A DNA stretch of 64,000 nt from Eledone cirrhosa (GCA_964016885.1 OZ024741.1:319796001-319860000); one strand, 5' to 3'. Shown: positions 38,374 through 53,251, counted from the stretch's first letter. The notes: generated by a model from the letters alone, not told the origin. Made by a program: numbers and translations.

Positions 38374-38697
38374 GAAAAGGAGAGGGAGAAAATTAACCGA
38401 TACCAGGATTTAAAGTGGGAGTTAAAAAGGATTTGGAACTGCCATGAAATCAAGGTCGTCCCGATTGTCATAGGAGCACTAGGTACTATCTCAAAGAGTT
38501 TCCAAGGATGGTTAAAGAAGATTAGTCCAGCCCCGCTTTTTGGAACATTTCAAAAGGCATGCTTGCTGGGAACAGCAAGAACCCTCCGATACGTCCTGAA
38601 TATCTGAGGCTGCAGGTAGCGGCTTGATATTCATTTCAACAAACTTTCCAGTTAAATAACATCAATGACTGAGACTGAAAGAACAATAATAATAATT
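38374..38697 (+). mobile_element. 5'-truncated RLE-type non-LTR retrotransposon (R4/Dong-like) 3' end
   Basis: EKEREKINRYQDLKWELKRIW..VVPIVIGALG..QKACLLGTARTLR is a restriction-like endonuclease C-terminus. Short 3' UTR and (AAT)n tail. Confidence 0.85.
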
Positions 38698-38965
38698 ATA
38701 AGATAGTTATGATTATGATGAAAGAGTTATGTTGCTGAAAAAGGGCATTGACGGTATGTGGATGAAGAATGTGGTAATGATGATGCTGATGACTACGACC
38801 ACGAGGATGACGTCGATGATGACGAGGATGACGTCGACGGTGAGAATGACAGCGCCAATGATGATGACAACAACGATGATGATAGTTATGACGACAAATA
38901 AAAACAAGAAGAATGAGAAAAGGAAAGCAGAAACCAGTAGAAAACAACAAAATGATAGAGAAGTG

Positions 38966-39035
<70 letters not shown>

Positions 39036-39070
39036 GTAACAACATCATCATCATCATCAACAACAACATT
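38966..39070. repeat. (AAC)n microsatellite in a degenerate trinucleotide region
   Basis: Seen directly. Confidence 0.9.
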
Positions 39071-39685
39071 GACAATTACCGTGGCAACAACATCACCATC
39101 AATGACATTAACCCCTTTAGAATCGAAACCGGCCGTATCCAGACAATATTCTCTCACCTCTTTCTGTTTAAACCGACCATAACTAGTTGCTCATACTTAT
39201 GTTAAGGTATTGTTCTTAAAATAAGTAACATCAAAATCCGTAGAATCGATATTATGTGAGATAATTATGTGAGATAAATTCTTTTACCAAGAAAATACAA
39301 TAGTATATATAGAGTAATGTAAATGCTAAATTTAACATCGACGGCAACACTAACAACAAGAGCAACAAACAGCTATTTCTTTAAATATGTAAAAATAGCT
39401 GCTTTTAAGGGTATATGACAAAGAGTTTAAGTTTAAGTATTTCGCTACGAAACCATGTACTTCTACTGCATAGCACCTTTACGCAAGTCTCTTTCACTGT
39501 AGCCTTGGGTTGACGGGTTCCTTTTGGGTGACATTTGACAGACAGAAACTATGCGGGAGTCCATTGTATATTCATGCATATATATATATATATATATATA
39601 TATACTCTTTTACGTGGTCCAGCCATCCGGCTGAGGCCATGCGGCTGAGGCCATGCTGGGACACCGCCCTTGTGTGTCTGTGTGC

Positions 39686-39767
<82 letters not shown>

Positions 39768-40294
39768 CGAAGGAGTTGTGGTAAGGAACCAGATGGACCA
39801 TAACGCACCAGAGTGCTCAATACTTAGGGTATTAGAGTGGGTAATAGGAAAATGTATGACCCCTACGGCAGAGCTCAAGCCGTTTCGACGGCTATTTCTG
39901 GACAATATGTATATATATATATATATGGTGGCTGCCAACTCGTTTTCGAGTACGGCCACTACTTTATATCCATGTAGGAGAACCCCTACCGATGCGCTGA
40001 ACGAGTGTGACTTTTTAGTCCAGCCAGCAACTTGAAAACTAGTACAAACACTACACTTGTGACAATTACTGACACATAGTGCTGGGCCCATGGTACCATG
40101 TGACGACAAGTGCAGAGAGATCTCCAGATATAAAGCAATGCCTGTGCCGTGAAGCTTTTATAGTGAGCAATGGCACTGCACAAAGCCAGTCCCACTCTCT
40201 TAACCAAGATGATATTTACCAAAAAGAAGAATAAGTCAACATCATTGGATACCATCAGGGTTGCAGGTGTTATATCAGAGTTTTCCTTCTCCTA

Positions 40295-40367
<73 letters not shown>

Positions 40368-40496
40368 AAATTATATTTAAAATTGTTGGGTTACAACTAG
40401 TAAATATTTATAACTGATATAAAAGCACTCGACAAATACTTGGAGTATATTTACAATATTAAATAAATGGAAAACTATATTTATAAAACCATATTT

Positions 40497-40560
40497 ATTT
40501 CATTATATATATTTCGGGGATATCATATTAACAATATGCTATGCCTTCATCAGACAAAAT
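40497..40560 (-). ncRNA. Type I hammerhead ribozyme motif (mirror of 44661-44724)
   Basis: Reverse complement of the motif described at 44661-44724. Confidence 0.7.
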
Positions 40561-40932
40561 ACAATATAAACAGTTTTATAGATAAATATATTCGACATAC
40601 CGTAATAAACATCAACTTCATTTGAAGAGGTTTACTCTAGCAGTGAAAATACAGAGAGAAAGAAAGAGAGAGAGAAAAGAGGGAAATAAGAAAGAAAGAA
40701 AGACAAAACGAAGAAAAGGAAGAAAAAGAAGAAAAAGAAAAAGAAGAAATGCATGGGACAAAATAGAGAGATGGAAAAATAGATAAAGCGAAGAGCTTCA
40801 TGTAAAGAGACAGAAAGAGATATATATATATATAGAGAGAGAGAGGAAATAGAGATAGATACATATATAAATATAGATATAGAAAAATTAGGTAGTGGGA
40901 GGTCATTTTGAGTAAGTGTATCAATGATGCAT

Positions 40933-40967
<35 letters not shown>

Positions 40968-43900
40968 GCTCAAGTATTAATGTAAGGGAGATATATAGAG
41001 AGATATAGAGAGATATAGAGAGAGAAAAAATTTAAAAATAGCCAGACATATTCGAGGCGTAGAAAACCCTATGTTTTAATGTATTAGTATTTATAAAACT
41101 TACACTATATTGTAAATATCAGTATTCCTGAATGAAACAAGTATTCATAATGCGTGAAAATTCATTATCTTATGTTTAGTTTTTTAAAAAATTCATATGT
41201 CTATGTGAATCCAACTGATTCACTCCGCAAATTCAAAGTTACAGGAAAACATTCTCAATGTGGTATACAAATTTGAGCGTATTATTATTCTTGCGATTAC
41301 TCTACAAGATTATCTATCAAGCAGAAATAGAGAGCAGATTTCAATATACTAATCGAAAATATATATTATATTATAAGCAGAGATAACAATAATAATGATA
41401 ATAAGTAAAAATATATAAAAATATAAAAATATAGAATAGAAAACTAAAAAAGAATATTACGAAAGAATATTACATAATAAAAATATTGCATATTAAAAAT
41501 ACTACGTATTAAAAATATTACGTATTAAAACTTTACATATAAAAATATTAAAAATAAAAATTTACATATAAAAATATTAAAAATAAAAATAAAATAAAAT
41601 AAAAAATAAAAATATTATAGAATACTACAATACTAAAAGAATAAAAATAAAAATAAAAATAAAAATGAAAATAAAAATAAACCACAAAGAACAACCCTTC
41701 AAAGTTAATTGACAATATATTGCCAAGTTCACTACAAGACAAAGCCAAAAATTATCTATCAAATCACATCTAGCAAGGAATATCGCAAAAAAAGATTATG
41801 ATGTCAAATAATGTCTACATATGTTCCTATATTTAATATATAAGTTTATCAAGTGTAAGGTTAATTCAAAAAATTTGGAGCATCGGCTTTTAGGGTAGCT
41901 TAATTTTTCATGAGGAATGTTTAGATAAAAATAAAAATAAAAATAAAAATAAATAAAATAAAATAAACAATAAAAAGAGTAAAAAGAGGGAATCAAAGAT
42001 TTAGGAATCAAAAGATTTATCGGCTAGTTCTCATATAAATATAAATCAAACTAAATATACTACATTTTAAATTTAAATTTATATTTAAACGTTGAGTTTA
42101 ATCTATGTTTGCAACAACTGAATAAATTTGTCCGTAGGTTAAGGGAATTTTTAGATTTTAGTATAAAGAATATCTCCTCTGCGCAGAGGTCACATGTCTC
42201 AGAGGATGAATTAAAAGGAATCCCTCTTGAGACTATATTCCAAGCCGTCGAATATCTAACGTTATCTAGCTTAAGTTGCCAGAGTACACCTGATAGTGCC
42301 GTTGAAGATTTTTTATTTGGATCTGTGAAAGAATTCTTGTGGTTATTATAGCGAAGTTTAAATTCCGTCGATGTGGAACCGACGTAGTTAAAAGAATTAG
42401 AGTCAGTATTAACATTACAATTGTATACTATATTTTTAACTAAGCAGTTGTTATTTAACGGACATTTAGATCTATCTCTACAGTTACATTTGTTAACTTG
42501 TATATTATTTATGCTATTATCAGTAGGTTTTAAGTTCCTATTATTTATTCTATTAATATTTTGTGCTAAATTTTTGGTGGATGAGTAGGTTAATTTAATT
42601 GTATGCCTATTGAAGATTGAGTGGTACCTATGTGTTCTAGGGAAGCGATTATCAAGAGCTTTGAAAAATAATTTAGCGATGTGGGTTAAAACCTACTGAT
42701 AATAGCATAAATAATATACAAGTTAACAAATGTAACTGTAGAGATAGATCTAAATGTCCGTTAAATAACAACTGCTTAGTTAAAAATATAGTATACAATT
42801 GTAATGTTAATACTGACTCTAATTCTTTTAACTACGTCGGTTCCACATCGACGGAATTTAAACTTCGCTATAATAACCACAAGAATTCTTTCACAGATCC
42901 AAATAAAAAATCTTCAACGGCACTATCAGGTGTACTCTGGCAACTTAAGCTAGATAACGTTAGATATTCGACGGCTTGGAATATAGTCTCAAGAGGGATT
43001 CCTTTTAATTCATCCTCTGAGACATGTGACCTCTGCGCAGAGGAGATATTCTTTATACTAAAATCTAAAAATTCCCTTAACCTACGGACAAATTTATTCA
43101 GTTGTTGCAAACATAGATTAAACTCAACGTTTAAATATAAATTTAAATTTAAAATGTAGTATATTTAGTTTGATTTATATTTATATGAGAACTAGCCGAT
43201 AAATCTTTTGATTCCTAAATCTTTGATTCCCTCTTTTTACTCTTTTTATTGTTTATTTTATTTTATTTATTTTTATTTTTATTTTTATTTTTATCTAAAC
43301 ATTCCTCATGAAAAATTAAGCTACCCTAAAAGCCGATGCTCCAAATTTTTTGAATTAACCTTACACTTGATAAACTTATATATTAAATATAGGAACATAT
43401 GTAGACATTATTTGACATCATAATCTTTTTTTGCGATATTCCTTGCTAGATGTGATTTGATAGATAATTTTTGGCTTTGTCTTGTAGTGAACTTGGCAAT
43501 ATATTGTCAATTAACTTTGAAGGGTTGTTCTTTGTGGTTTATTTTTATTTTCATTTTTATTTTTATTTTTATTTTTATTCTTTTAGTATTGTAGTATTCT
43601 ATAATATTTTTATTTTTTATTTTATTTTATTTTTATTTTTAATATTTTTATATGTAAATTTTTATTTTTAATATTTTTATATGTAAAGTTTTAATACGTA
43701 ATATTTTTAATACGTAGTATTTTTAATATGCAATATTTTTATTATGTAATATTCTTTCGTAATATTCTTTTTTAGTTTTCTATTCTATATTTTTATATTT
43801 TTATATATTTTTACTTATTATCATTATTATTGTTATCTCTGCTTATAATATAATATATATTTTCGATTAGTATATTGAAATCTGCTCTCTATTTCTGCTT

Positions 43901-44251
43901 GATAGATAATCTTGTAGAGTAATCGCAAGAATAATAATACGCTCAAATTTGTATACCACATTGAGAATGTTTTCCTGTAACTTTGAATTTGCGGAGTGAA
44001 TCAGTTGGATTCACATAGACATATGAATTTTTTAAAAAACTAAACATAAGATAATGAATTTTCACGCATTATGAATACTTGTTTCATTCAGGAATACTGA
44101 TATTTACAATATAGTGTAAGTTTTATAAATACTAATACATTAAAACATAGGGTTTTCTACGCCTCGAATATGTCTGGCTATTTTTAAATTTTTTCTCTCT
44201 CTATATCTCTCTATATCTCTCTATATATCTCCCTTACATTAATACTTGAGC

Positions 44252-44290
<39 letters not shown>

Positions 44291-44660
44291 ATGCATCATT
44301 GATACACTTACTCAAAATGACCTCCCACTACCTAATTTTTCTATATCTATATTTATATATGTATCTATCTCTATTTCCTCTCTCTCTCTCTATATATATA
44401 TATCTTTCTGTCTCTTTACATGAAGCTCTTCGCTTTATCTATTTTTCCATCTCTCTATTTTGTCCCATGCATTTCTTCTTTTTCTTTTTCTTCTTTTTCT
44501 TCCTTTTCTTCGTTTTGTCTTTCTTTCTTTCTTATTTCCCTCTTTTCTCTCTCTCTTTCTTTCTCTCTGTATTTTCACTGCTAGAGTAAACCTCTTCAAA
44601 GGAAGTTGATGTTTATTACGGTATGTCGAATATATTTATCTATAAAACTGTTTATATTGT

Positions 44661-44724
44661 ATTTTGTCTGATGAAGGCATAGCATATTGTTAATATGATA
44701 TCCCCGAAATATATATAATGAAAT
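44661..44724 (+). ncRNA. Type I hammerhead ribozyme motif in the PLE 3' end
   Basis: ATTTTGT-CTGATGA-(stem II including CATATT/AATATG)-GAAA-TATATA-TA-ATGAAAT. Stem I pairs with two G-U. Confidence 0.7.
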
Positions 44725-44979
44725 AAATATGGTTTTATAAATATAGTTTTCCATTTATTTAATATTGTATATATATATATATATATATATATACATACTT
44801 ACATACATACCTACATATATATATATATATACATACATACATATATACATATATATATACATATACATACATACATATATACATATATATATACATACAT
44901 ATATACATATATATATACATACATATATACATACATATATACATACATACATACATACATACATACATACATACATACA

Positions 44980-45059
<80 letters not shown>

Positions 45060-45552
45060 GATGGAAGGAGATGGATGATGTGTTGGTGTAATGGTAGCAC
45101 AGAGGTCTGAATAAACAAAGATGTGGATTCGACTTCCGTGTACATCAATATTCATTGTTTTCTATTTCTTAGAGTGGTTCTAAACTCCACTATCGGGCTA
45201 ACATTTCTTTAGTAAAAAATACGGCGAAAGCTTCTATTTTCTATTTCAAACTGCTTCCAAACAAACTTATATAAATACGTATATACCACGTAAATATATG
45301 TACGTATGGAAGGACAACGTTGATTAAAATCCTTAATTACTTGACTGGTACTTTATTTTATCGACTCCAAACGGTTGAAACGAAAATTTGACCATTGCGA
45401 GATTTGAACTCAGAATGAATGGCGAAGCAACCTCTATCAATGGAGAACACATAGTCTTGTGTTTCCTTTAATTCTATGTTTGCGAGCATAAGAAAGACAT
45501 ATTCACTCTTCTTAATGTTATACTGCGAAATCATGTGTATGCATATATTTAT

Positions 45553-45742
45553 GGCATGGATTGGCAGTATCGGTAGCGGGTCGGACGCCATGCTTTGACG
45601 CATAGAGTTACGGCCCTTGCCATTCTGAGTTCAAATTCCGCCGAGGTTAACTTTGCCTTTCATCCTTACGGGGTCGATAAAATAAAGTACCAGTAATACA
45701 CTGGGATAATTGCTGGCCTTGTGCCTATATAAGAAACAATTA
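45553..45742 (+). mobile_element. Full-length SINE family A
   Basis: A box, B box, body and AACAATTAT end. Confidence 0.9.
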
Positions 45743-46249
45743 TATATTTATTTGTATATATGTAATTGTGTTTAAACTGACACACACAAACACAAAAACA
45801 TACGTAAATATGCATGCATTTATATATGTGTATGTGTGCATGTGTGTGTATGTATGTATGTTTAACAACATTTTCCACGTCTTAAAATAACATCAAACCA
45901 CCATACAATACCACATGAAGCTATTACAAGTCTCAACAATATGGCTACAAAATTCAAAATTGTCACTCATAAGATTCAACGCAATAGCAAAAGAATTCAT
46001 TAATTCTTTCTTTCTTTCTTTCTTTCTTTCTATTGTTCTTCGCTTCTAGTCTTTCTCACTTTATTTCCATCACTTCTGTGTGGCAGAAATTCTCCTGTGC
46101 TGTGTTCTGTAAGACTGTTATGTTTTGGAAATTCTTGAATGCTCTTATTGAATGAATGGTGAATGTTGGTTGATATTGTTGTATGGAGTTCCTTCCCTCT
46201 CTTTATTCTCATCTCTCCCTCTTTCAATATATATATATATATATAACAT

Positions 46250-46310
<61 letters not shown>

Positions 46311-46375
46311 TATATATATACATATATGTATATTTATAGACCCACACACACACGTATGTGTGTGTACATGTTTAC

Positions 46376-46417
<42 letters not shown>

Positions 46418-47526
46418 CATGTGTATATATGTTTGTGCGCATGCGCACAAACAAACGCAAATATATACACACATATGACCAAACTTATTCTAACACCCAC
46501 ACATATTATCAATATTGTGCATCTCATTAGTAACTATATACACACTTACATTTGTAAATGTATATAGATATATGTGTATAGCAAAAACAAAAGTGTGCGT
46601 GTATATATATATATATAAATGTATTTGTGCGATTATGTGTTTGTATGTATGTGTGCATGTGTGTATATAGTGGTGAACAGTAAATCAGCGATTGAGACAT
46701 TGGCTCACTCTTTGACCTGAAATAAGCAATGAGGCTATTGTTGAAGGATATAGCATATATATGTGATAAAAACATCGATATACACGGAAACATATATGTA
46801 TCTATACATGTGTATATATCACTCTAACGAGATCTACCTAAGTATGTATCTGTGCGCATGGGTGAATGTAGATATGTATATATATATATGTTTACATATC
46901 TGTTTTGTAATTATTAGAATATTTCTTTTAACGAAGGAATTGTTTTCTAACAAAGAAACAAATTCTACTAGTAGAATTTGGATAACAAGAACGGCGTAGA
47001 GTTAGATGTTGAATTTGCAAACTACGCATTAGCTAGTCGCTTTCTTTGCCCGAAAACTGGAGCTTCTTGAGACTGCCACTTAGACATTTAACATAGTACA
47101 CCACTAATTATAAGTATAAACGGGAATTTATGATATACGTTGAGACGCTGTAGGTTGCGAAGCAGCTGCTTTTAAATATTCTCTTTTTGAAAATGTTTAC
47201 AACTTTAGGAGAAGTGACCTCTATAGCAGTACATCATTTTGTCTTCTGCCCTAAACATCTACATGACGCCTATTGTGTTTGCACTTTGAATGTCCATCTA
47301 TATTCTTCGTATATATAAGCAATAACAGAAGTATCAATTATATTTATCCAAGGGGAGTTTTCCCTAAGGGTGTCATTGTTTAATGTATAACAATAACACT
47401 ACGTCACATTGGAAGCGAATAACTTATTGACATGTTTCAGACTATTGCTGATCACTTGTGTAGCAGGGCAGATAACTCTATATTTCCTTATCCCTCATTT
47501 CTCCTTTACACACTCTAGGCTACTTA

Positions 47527-47638
<112 letters not shown>

Positions 47639-47759
47639 CGCTAGAAGACACTGCCCTTTTCCTACATGTCGCTGTCCAGATCTGGCGCAATTCGGTTACT
47701 CCCTTGCTTTGTTTTGTCTTGTCGCCCAACATGCGTCACACCAATAGAAATATTTATAG

Positions 47760-48257
47760 CAGCCGGTTTTTTTACAAATATTTCTACGTTTGAGTCCCTT
47801 ATGCAAAACAAGAATACGATCGCGAATACAAGTGGCCAAAATGAGGTTCCTCAGAAGGGTTTTCGAGATTCCTCAGAAGGATTTTCGAAGTAACGTTATA
47901 CGATACAGTGTCTAGCTCGGAGATCAGAGAGTCACTCCAGGTAGAGCTGCTACTTCTACGAATTGAGAGATCACAGCTCCTATACTATGCGTATGTGGTT
48001 AGAATGTCTCAGGAAAAAATCGCTGGACAGACTTTACGGGAAAAAAACAACTGGCAGGAGTTCCAGGGACAGACCCCGAGCAAAATGGTTGGATAACATC
48101 CATATGCTTGTCTAGTCTCACTTAGGGATCCGGCCAGATCAGTTGGAATTGGTTGGTTCTGCCAGGACCCACTGGAGGGAGTGTTTGAGGACTCTGCCCC
48201 CTCTCAGGAATAAGTGGGCGAAGAAGAAGAAGAAGAAGAAGAAGAAGAAGAAGAGGA
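47760..48257 (+). mobile_element. RTE-like LINE 3' end with (AAG)n tail
   Basis: EIRESLQVELLLLRIERSQL..VVRM and a degraded RGRP..W-type motif, followed by a trinucleotide tail. Confidence 0.7.
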
Positions 48258-48365
48258 GGAGTCTCTTACACTTCTATGAAACCATATCCACTCAACGCTC
48301 TAAACCGATAATCCGATTCATTTCATATCATGTTTATTTACACACACACACACACACACACATTA

Positions 48366-48441
<76 letters not shown>

Positions 48442-48596
48442 ATGTGTGTGTGTTTATGTATATATGGACATCTATATATGCATGTATAAAACAAATGCGG
48501 ATGAGAGAAATATGTGCTTACATAGTTGAAGCTTTACAATTGCTTCGACACAAGGTATTTCTTCTAACACAGAACTAAGGCAAATATAATCATAAT

Positions 48597-48720
48597 GGTT
48601 TCTTATATGGGCACAAGACCATCACTTTTTGGGGAGTGGAAAGTCGATTAAATCGACCACAGTGCGTGACTGGAACTTTATTTTATCGACCCCGTAAGGG
48701 TGAAAGGCAAAGTTAACCTC
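48597..48720 (-). mobile_element. SINE family A, 3' part
   Basis: Reverse match to the body consensus. Confidence 0.75.
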
Positions 48721-48934
48721 ATTAATATTATTATTACCAAAGTAATAATAATATTAATGATAATAGTTGTAAAAATATAAGAGTGTACATATTTTACGTT
48801 AGTTAATGTTTAAAAAGGTTTGTATTTCCTCAGAAAATGAAATACCTTCGTCAAAGAAAAGTAAGTACACTGAGACATGTTGGCATTTTAACCATTACTT
48901 CTTATGTTATATATGAGTGTATATACATATGTAT

Positions 48935-49042
<108 letters not shown>

Positions 49043-49091
49043 AGTATGTATGTATACGTACATACATATATGTATACAGACGTACAGTAGC

Positions 49092-49131
<40 letters not shown>

Positions 49132-49137
<6 letters not shown>

Positions 49138-49305
49138 GTATCAGTTTACCGAACATTTATTATAATGTTCGCTTTGATCGTTTGTAAACAAACGAACAGC
49201 CTGATTTACGCCGTACAGTGTTCAGGCAACCACGTCACCTTTTTGTTCAACACTGACACAGGAACGATGTACTAGTTTCAAGCATGTACTAGTTTCATAT
49301 GCATG

Positions 49306-49367
<62 letters not shown>

Positions 49368-49540
49368 CATGCACACATATATATATGCACGTATCAGTTT
49401 ACCGAACATTTATTATAATGTTCGCTTCGTTCCGTTGTAAACAAACGAACAGCCTGATTTACGCCGTACAGTGTTCAGGCAACCACGTCACCTTTTTGTT
49501 CAACACTGACACAGGAACGATGTATTAGTTTCAAGCTTGT
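49132..49540. repeat. ~150-bp direct repeat separated by (TA)n
   Basis: ATGCACGTATCAGTTTACCGAAC...TAGTTTCAAGC occurs at ~49132-49283 and ~49385-49536. Confidence 0.9.
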
Positions 49541-49678
49541 TAGCTATCGTCGGCACCGTATACCTTTCTGCCAGATGGTTGAACGTTCGAAAGTATATAC
49601 TTTCCTTATGAAAATTAACGGCTGAGCAGCCTAATTTGCATATCGAGTGAGTTCAGTCGGCCAGGCGAACCGAAAACG

Positions 49679-49826
49679 ATAAATGGAATAGAATGAAACG
49701 AAATTTCATTTCTCACTGTCAGTACGGCACTTACTTAAATGTAAGTAAGTATGTATACGTACATACATAAGTAAGTGCCGTACTAAGAGTGAGAAATGAA
49801 ATTTCGTTTCATTCTATTCCATTTAT
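49679..49826. repeat. ~58-bp-arm inverted repeat
   Basis: ATAAATGGAATAGAATGAAACG..GGCACTTACTTA is mirrored downstream. Confidence 0.9.
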
Positions 49827-49837
49827 ATATATATATA

Positions 49838-50330
49838 TATATCAACTAGAAACTGATTCACATATATATATATATATAAAATAAACATATGAAACAATCA
49901 CAGGGAATAATTTGTAAAGTGTGTAAGCACACACAGCTAATTAAAGTTTAACTAGAACTTCAGATATAGATATCTTTTAAGATGATTAATCTCCTTTGTA
50001 TATATTTCATTAAAAATATTTCACCATTAATCGGTAAATCACAGTAGTCAAATTTGCATTTGCTGTGTAAACACAGATAGTTGCATCTTCTCCTTTGGTG
50101 AACATCCGTTTGACTACTGTGATTTACCGATTATTGGTGAAATATATTTAATGAAATATATACAAAGGAGATTAATCATTTTAAAAGGTATCTATATTTG
50201 AAGTTCTAGTTAAAATTTAATTAGTTACCTACCTAGCTGTGTGTGCTTACACACTTTATAAATTATTCTCTGTGATTGTTTCATATGTTTATATTATATA
50301 TATATGTCAATCAATTTCTAGTTGATATAT
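49838..50330. repeat. ~215-bp-arm diverged inverted repeat
   Basis: 49838-50052 versus 50109-50330, with scattered mismatches and small indels. Confidence 0.9.
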
Positions 50331-50430
50331 AAAATGCTCGGATCTATTCATTGGAATATTTGAGCTTATTCTGGAGTGGATATGGCGCATGTCTCTCAGA
50401 CATGACACCCTTAATTTAATTTTGTATATA

Positions 50431-50464
<34 letters not shown>

Positions 50465-50600
50465 CATATATATATATATTTATATATATATACACATATA
50501 TATATATATTTATATATATATACACATATATATATATATTTATATATATATACACATATATATATATATTTATATATATATACACATATATATATATATT

Positions 50601-50631
<31 letters not shown>

Positions 50632-50729
50632 TTATATATATACACATATATATATATATTTATATATATATACATATATATTTATATATATATACATATA
50701 TATTTAATATATATATATTATATATATTA

Positions 50730-50773
<44 letters not shown>

Positions 50774-50780
50774 TATATAC

Positions 50781-50876
<96 letters not shown>

Positions 50877-50897
50877 CATATTATATATATATATATA

Positions 50898-50949
<52 letters not shown>

Positions 50950-52393
50950 TTTAATACAATAACAGGGAAAGCTTTAAGCTAAACTCTGACTGGCTACCAT
51001 CTCACTCAACAAACATTAGGATATACGTTAGTATAATCCCAATTTTGTGTTTGGGGTGCTAACTATATGTATTTTGTGGAAAGCCAGTTGTATTATTTTA
51101 TATGAGATATAATTAACATATATTTATATACATATTATATATATATATATATGTTAGGCTTCTACATAAACTGGAAACATTCTCCCAACTTGTAGAAAAC
51201 TTATAATGAAACAATTGTTTGGAAAGAGAGATATATTTTAACTTTAATTATATCTCATATAAAATAATACAACTGGCTTTCCACAAAATACATATAGTTA
51301 GCACTCCAAACACTTAAATTAGGTTTATACTAACGTATAACCTAATGTTTGTTGAGTGAGATGGTTACCAGTCGGAGTTTAGCTTAAAGCTATCTCTGTT
51401 ATTGTATTAAATATTTTACTCTTGATTTGGCCAGAGATTTTTATTTCCAGGTACCTTATAAACATGACTTTCCGTATTTGTTACTGTTATGAGATATTGT
51501 TTGTATTTTTGGGTATCACTTCTCTGATTTTAGCCTAAGAAAATATTTATATGCGTGTGTAAATAATTACATGCATACATTTATTTTTTTAAATTAATTG
51601 AGTTCTTAACACGCGAAATTAATATTGGTTTCGAAATAACTAATTAACTCGCGTGTATTAAATATTTTACTCTTAATTTTGCCAGAGATTTACATTCCCA
51701 AATGCCTTTTAAAGCGTAACTTTCCGTATTTATTACAGTTATGAGATGTGGTTGGTTTTGAGGTATCACTTCTCTGTTTTTAGCCTAAGAAAATCTCTAT
51801 ATGCGTGTGTAATTAATACACGCATACATTTATTTTTTAAAAATTAATTGAGTTCTTAACACGCAGGATTGATAATGTTTTTGAAAAAAACTAATTAACC
51901 CACGTGTACATTATTTTACTTTTCTCGTGAATCGTGGTTGTCTCCCTTTTCCGCTTCGTGACGCTATGATACTTCCTCAGTCAAAAGACTGCTGGAATTT
52001 CAAATTTAGCGGTCATTCGATGCGTGAACGGACATGAAAATAAAACTGCGGTAAGGAATCTTTTCTTAAATCAAAGTTTAATGGGTTTCCACTGACGATT
52101 TATAAGTGCCCACCTAAATATATTCTTACATGAAAATATGTTAGGCTTCTACATAAACTGGAAACATTCTCCCAAATTGTAGAAAACTTATAATGAAACA
52201 ATTGTTTGAAAAGAGAGATATATTTTAACTTTAATTATATCTCATATAAAATAATACAACTGGCTTTCCACAAAATACACATAGTTAGCACCCAAACACT
52301 TAAATTAGGTTTATACTAACGTATAACCTAATGTTTGTTGAGTGAGATAGTTACCAGTCGGAGTTTAGCTTAAAGCTATCTCCGTTGTTGTAT

Positions 52394-52398
<5 letters not shown>
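50950..52398 (+). mobile_element. Non-coding element with layout inverted A' - A - B - B' - C - A
   Basis: A at ~51151-51412 and ~52137-52398, partial inverted A at 50950-51117, and a ~250-bp tandem B at ~51405-51910. Flanked by (TA)n. Confidence 0.75.
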
Positions 52399-52472
<74 letters not shown>

Positions 52473-52721
52473 CATATTATATATATATATATATAAATAT
52501 ATATGTATATATATATAAATATATATATGTATATATATATATATATATAAATATATATATATATAAATACATATATATATATATTTATATATATAAATAC
52601 ATATATATATATATTTATATATATATACATATATATTTATATATATATACATATATATTTATATATATATACATATATATATATATATACATATATATTT
52701 ATATATATATACATATATATT

Positions 52722-52753
<32 letters not shown>

Positions 52754-52981
52754 CATATATATTTATATATATATACATATATATTTATATATATATACAT
52801 ATATATATATATATACATATATATTTATATATATATACATATATATATATATATACATATATATTTATATATATATACATATATATATATATATACATAT
52901 ATATTTATATATATATACATATATATATATACATATATATTTATATATATATACATATATATATATATATACATATATTTA

Positions 52982-53017
<36 letters not shown>

Positions 53018-53059
53018 CATATATATATATTTATATATATATATATATACACATATATT

Positions 53060-53090
<31 letters not shown>

Positions 53091-53091
53091 T

Positions 53092-53122
<31 letters not shown>

Positions 53123-53125
53123 TTA

Positions 53126-53156
<31 letters not shown>

Positions 53157-53187
53157 TTATATATATATATATACATATATATATATT

Positions 53188-53218
<31 letters not shown>

Positions 53219-53219
53219 T

Positions 53220-53250
<31 letters not shown>

Positions 53251-53251
53251 T

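Larger units (their letters stand above)
40362..44769 (-). mobile_element. Young PLE insertion forming a ~2.08-kb-arm inverted repeat
   Basis: 40452-42533 is the near-identical reverse complement of 42686-44769. Each arm encodes a GIY-YIG (CNCRDRSKCPL..IVYNC..YVGST..FKLRYNNH..CDLC). The 152-bp spacer continues the minus-strand ORF (FPRTHRYHSIFNRHTIKLTYS). Flanked by (TA)n. Confidence 0.92.

Noticed and set aside
38696-39205. Poly-Asn/poly-Leu/poly-Val ORFs
   Set aside because: They derive from (AAC)n/(GAT)n microsatellite sequence.
42109-43110. Two identical 80-aa ORFs on opposite strands
   Set aside because: They are antisense frames of the PLE GIY-YIG region, duplicated by the inverted repeat.
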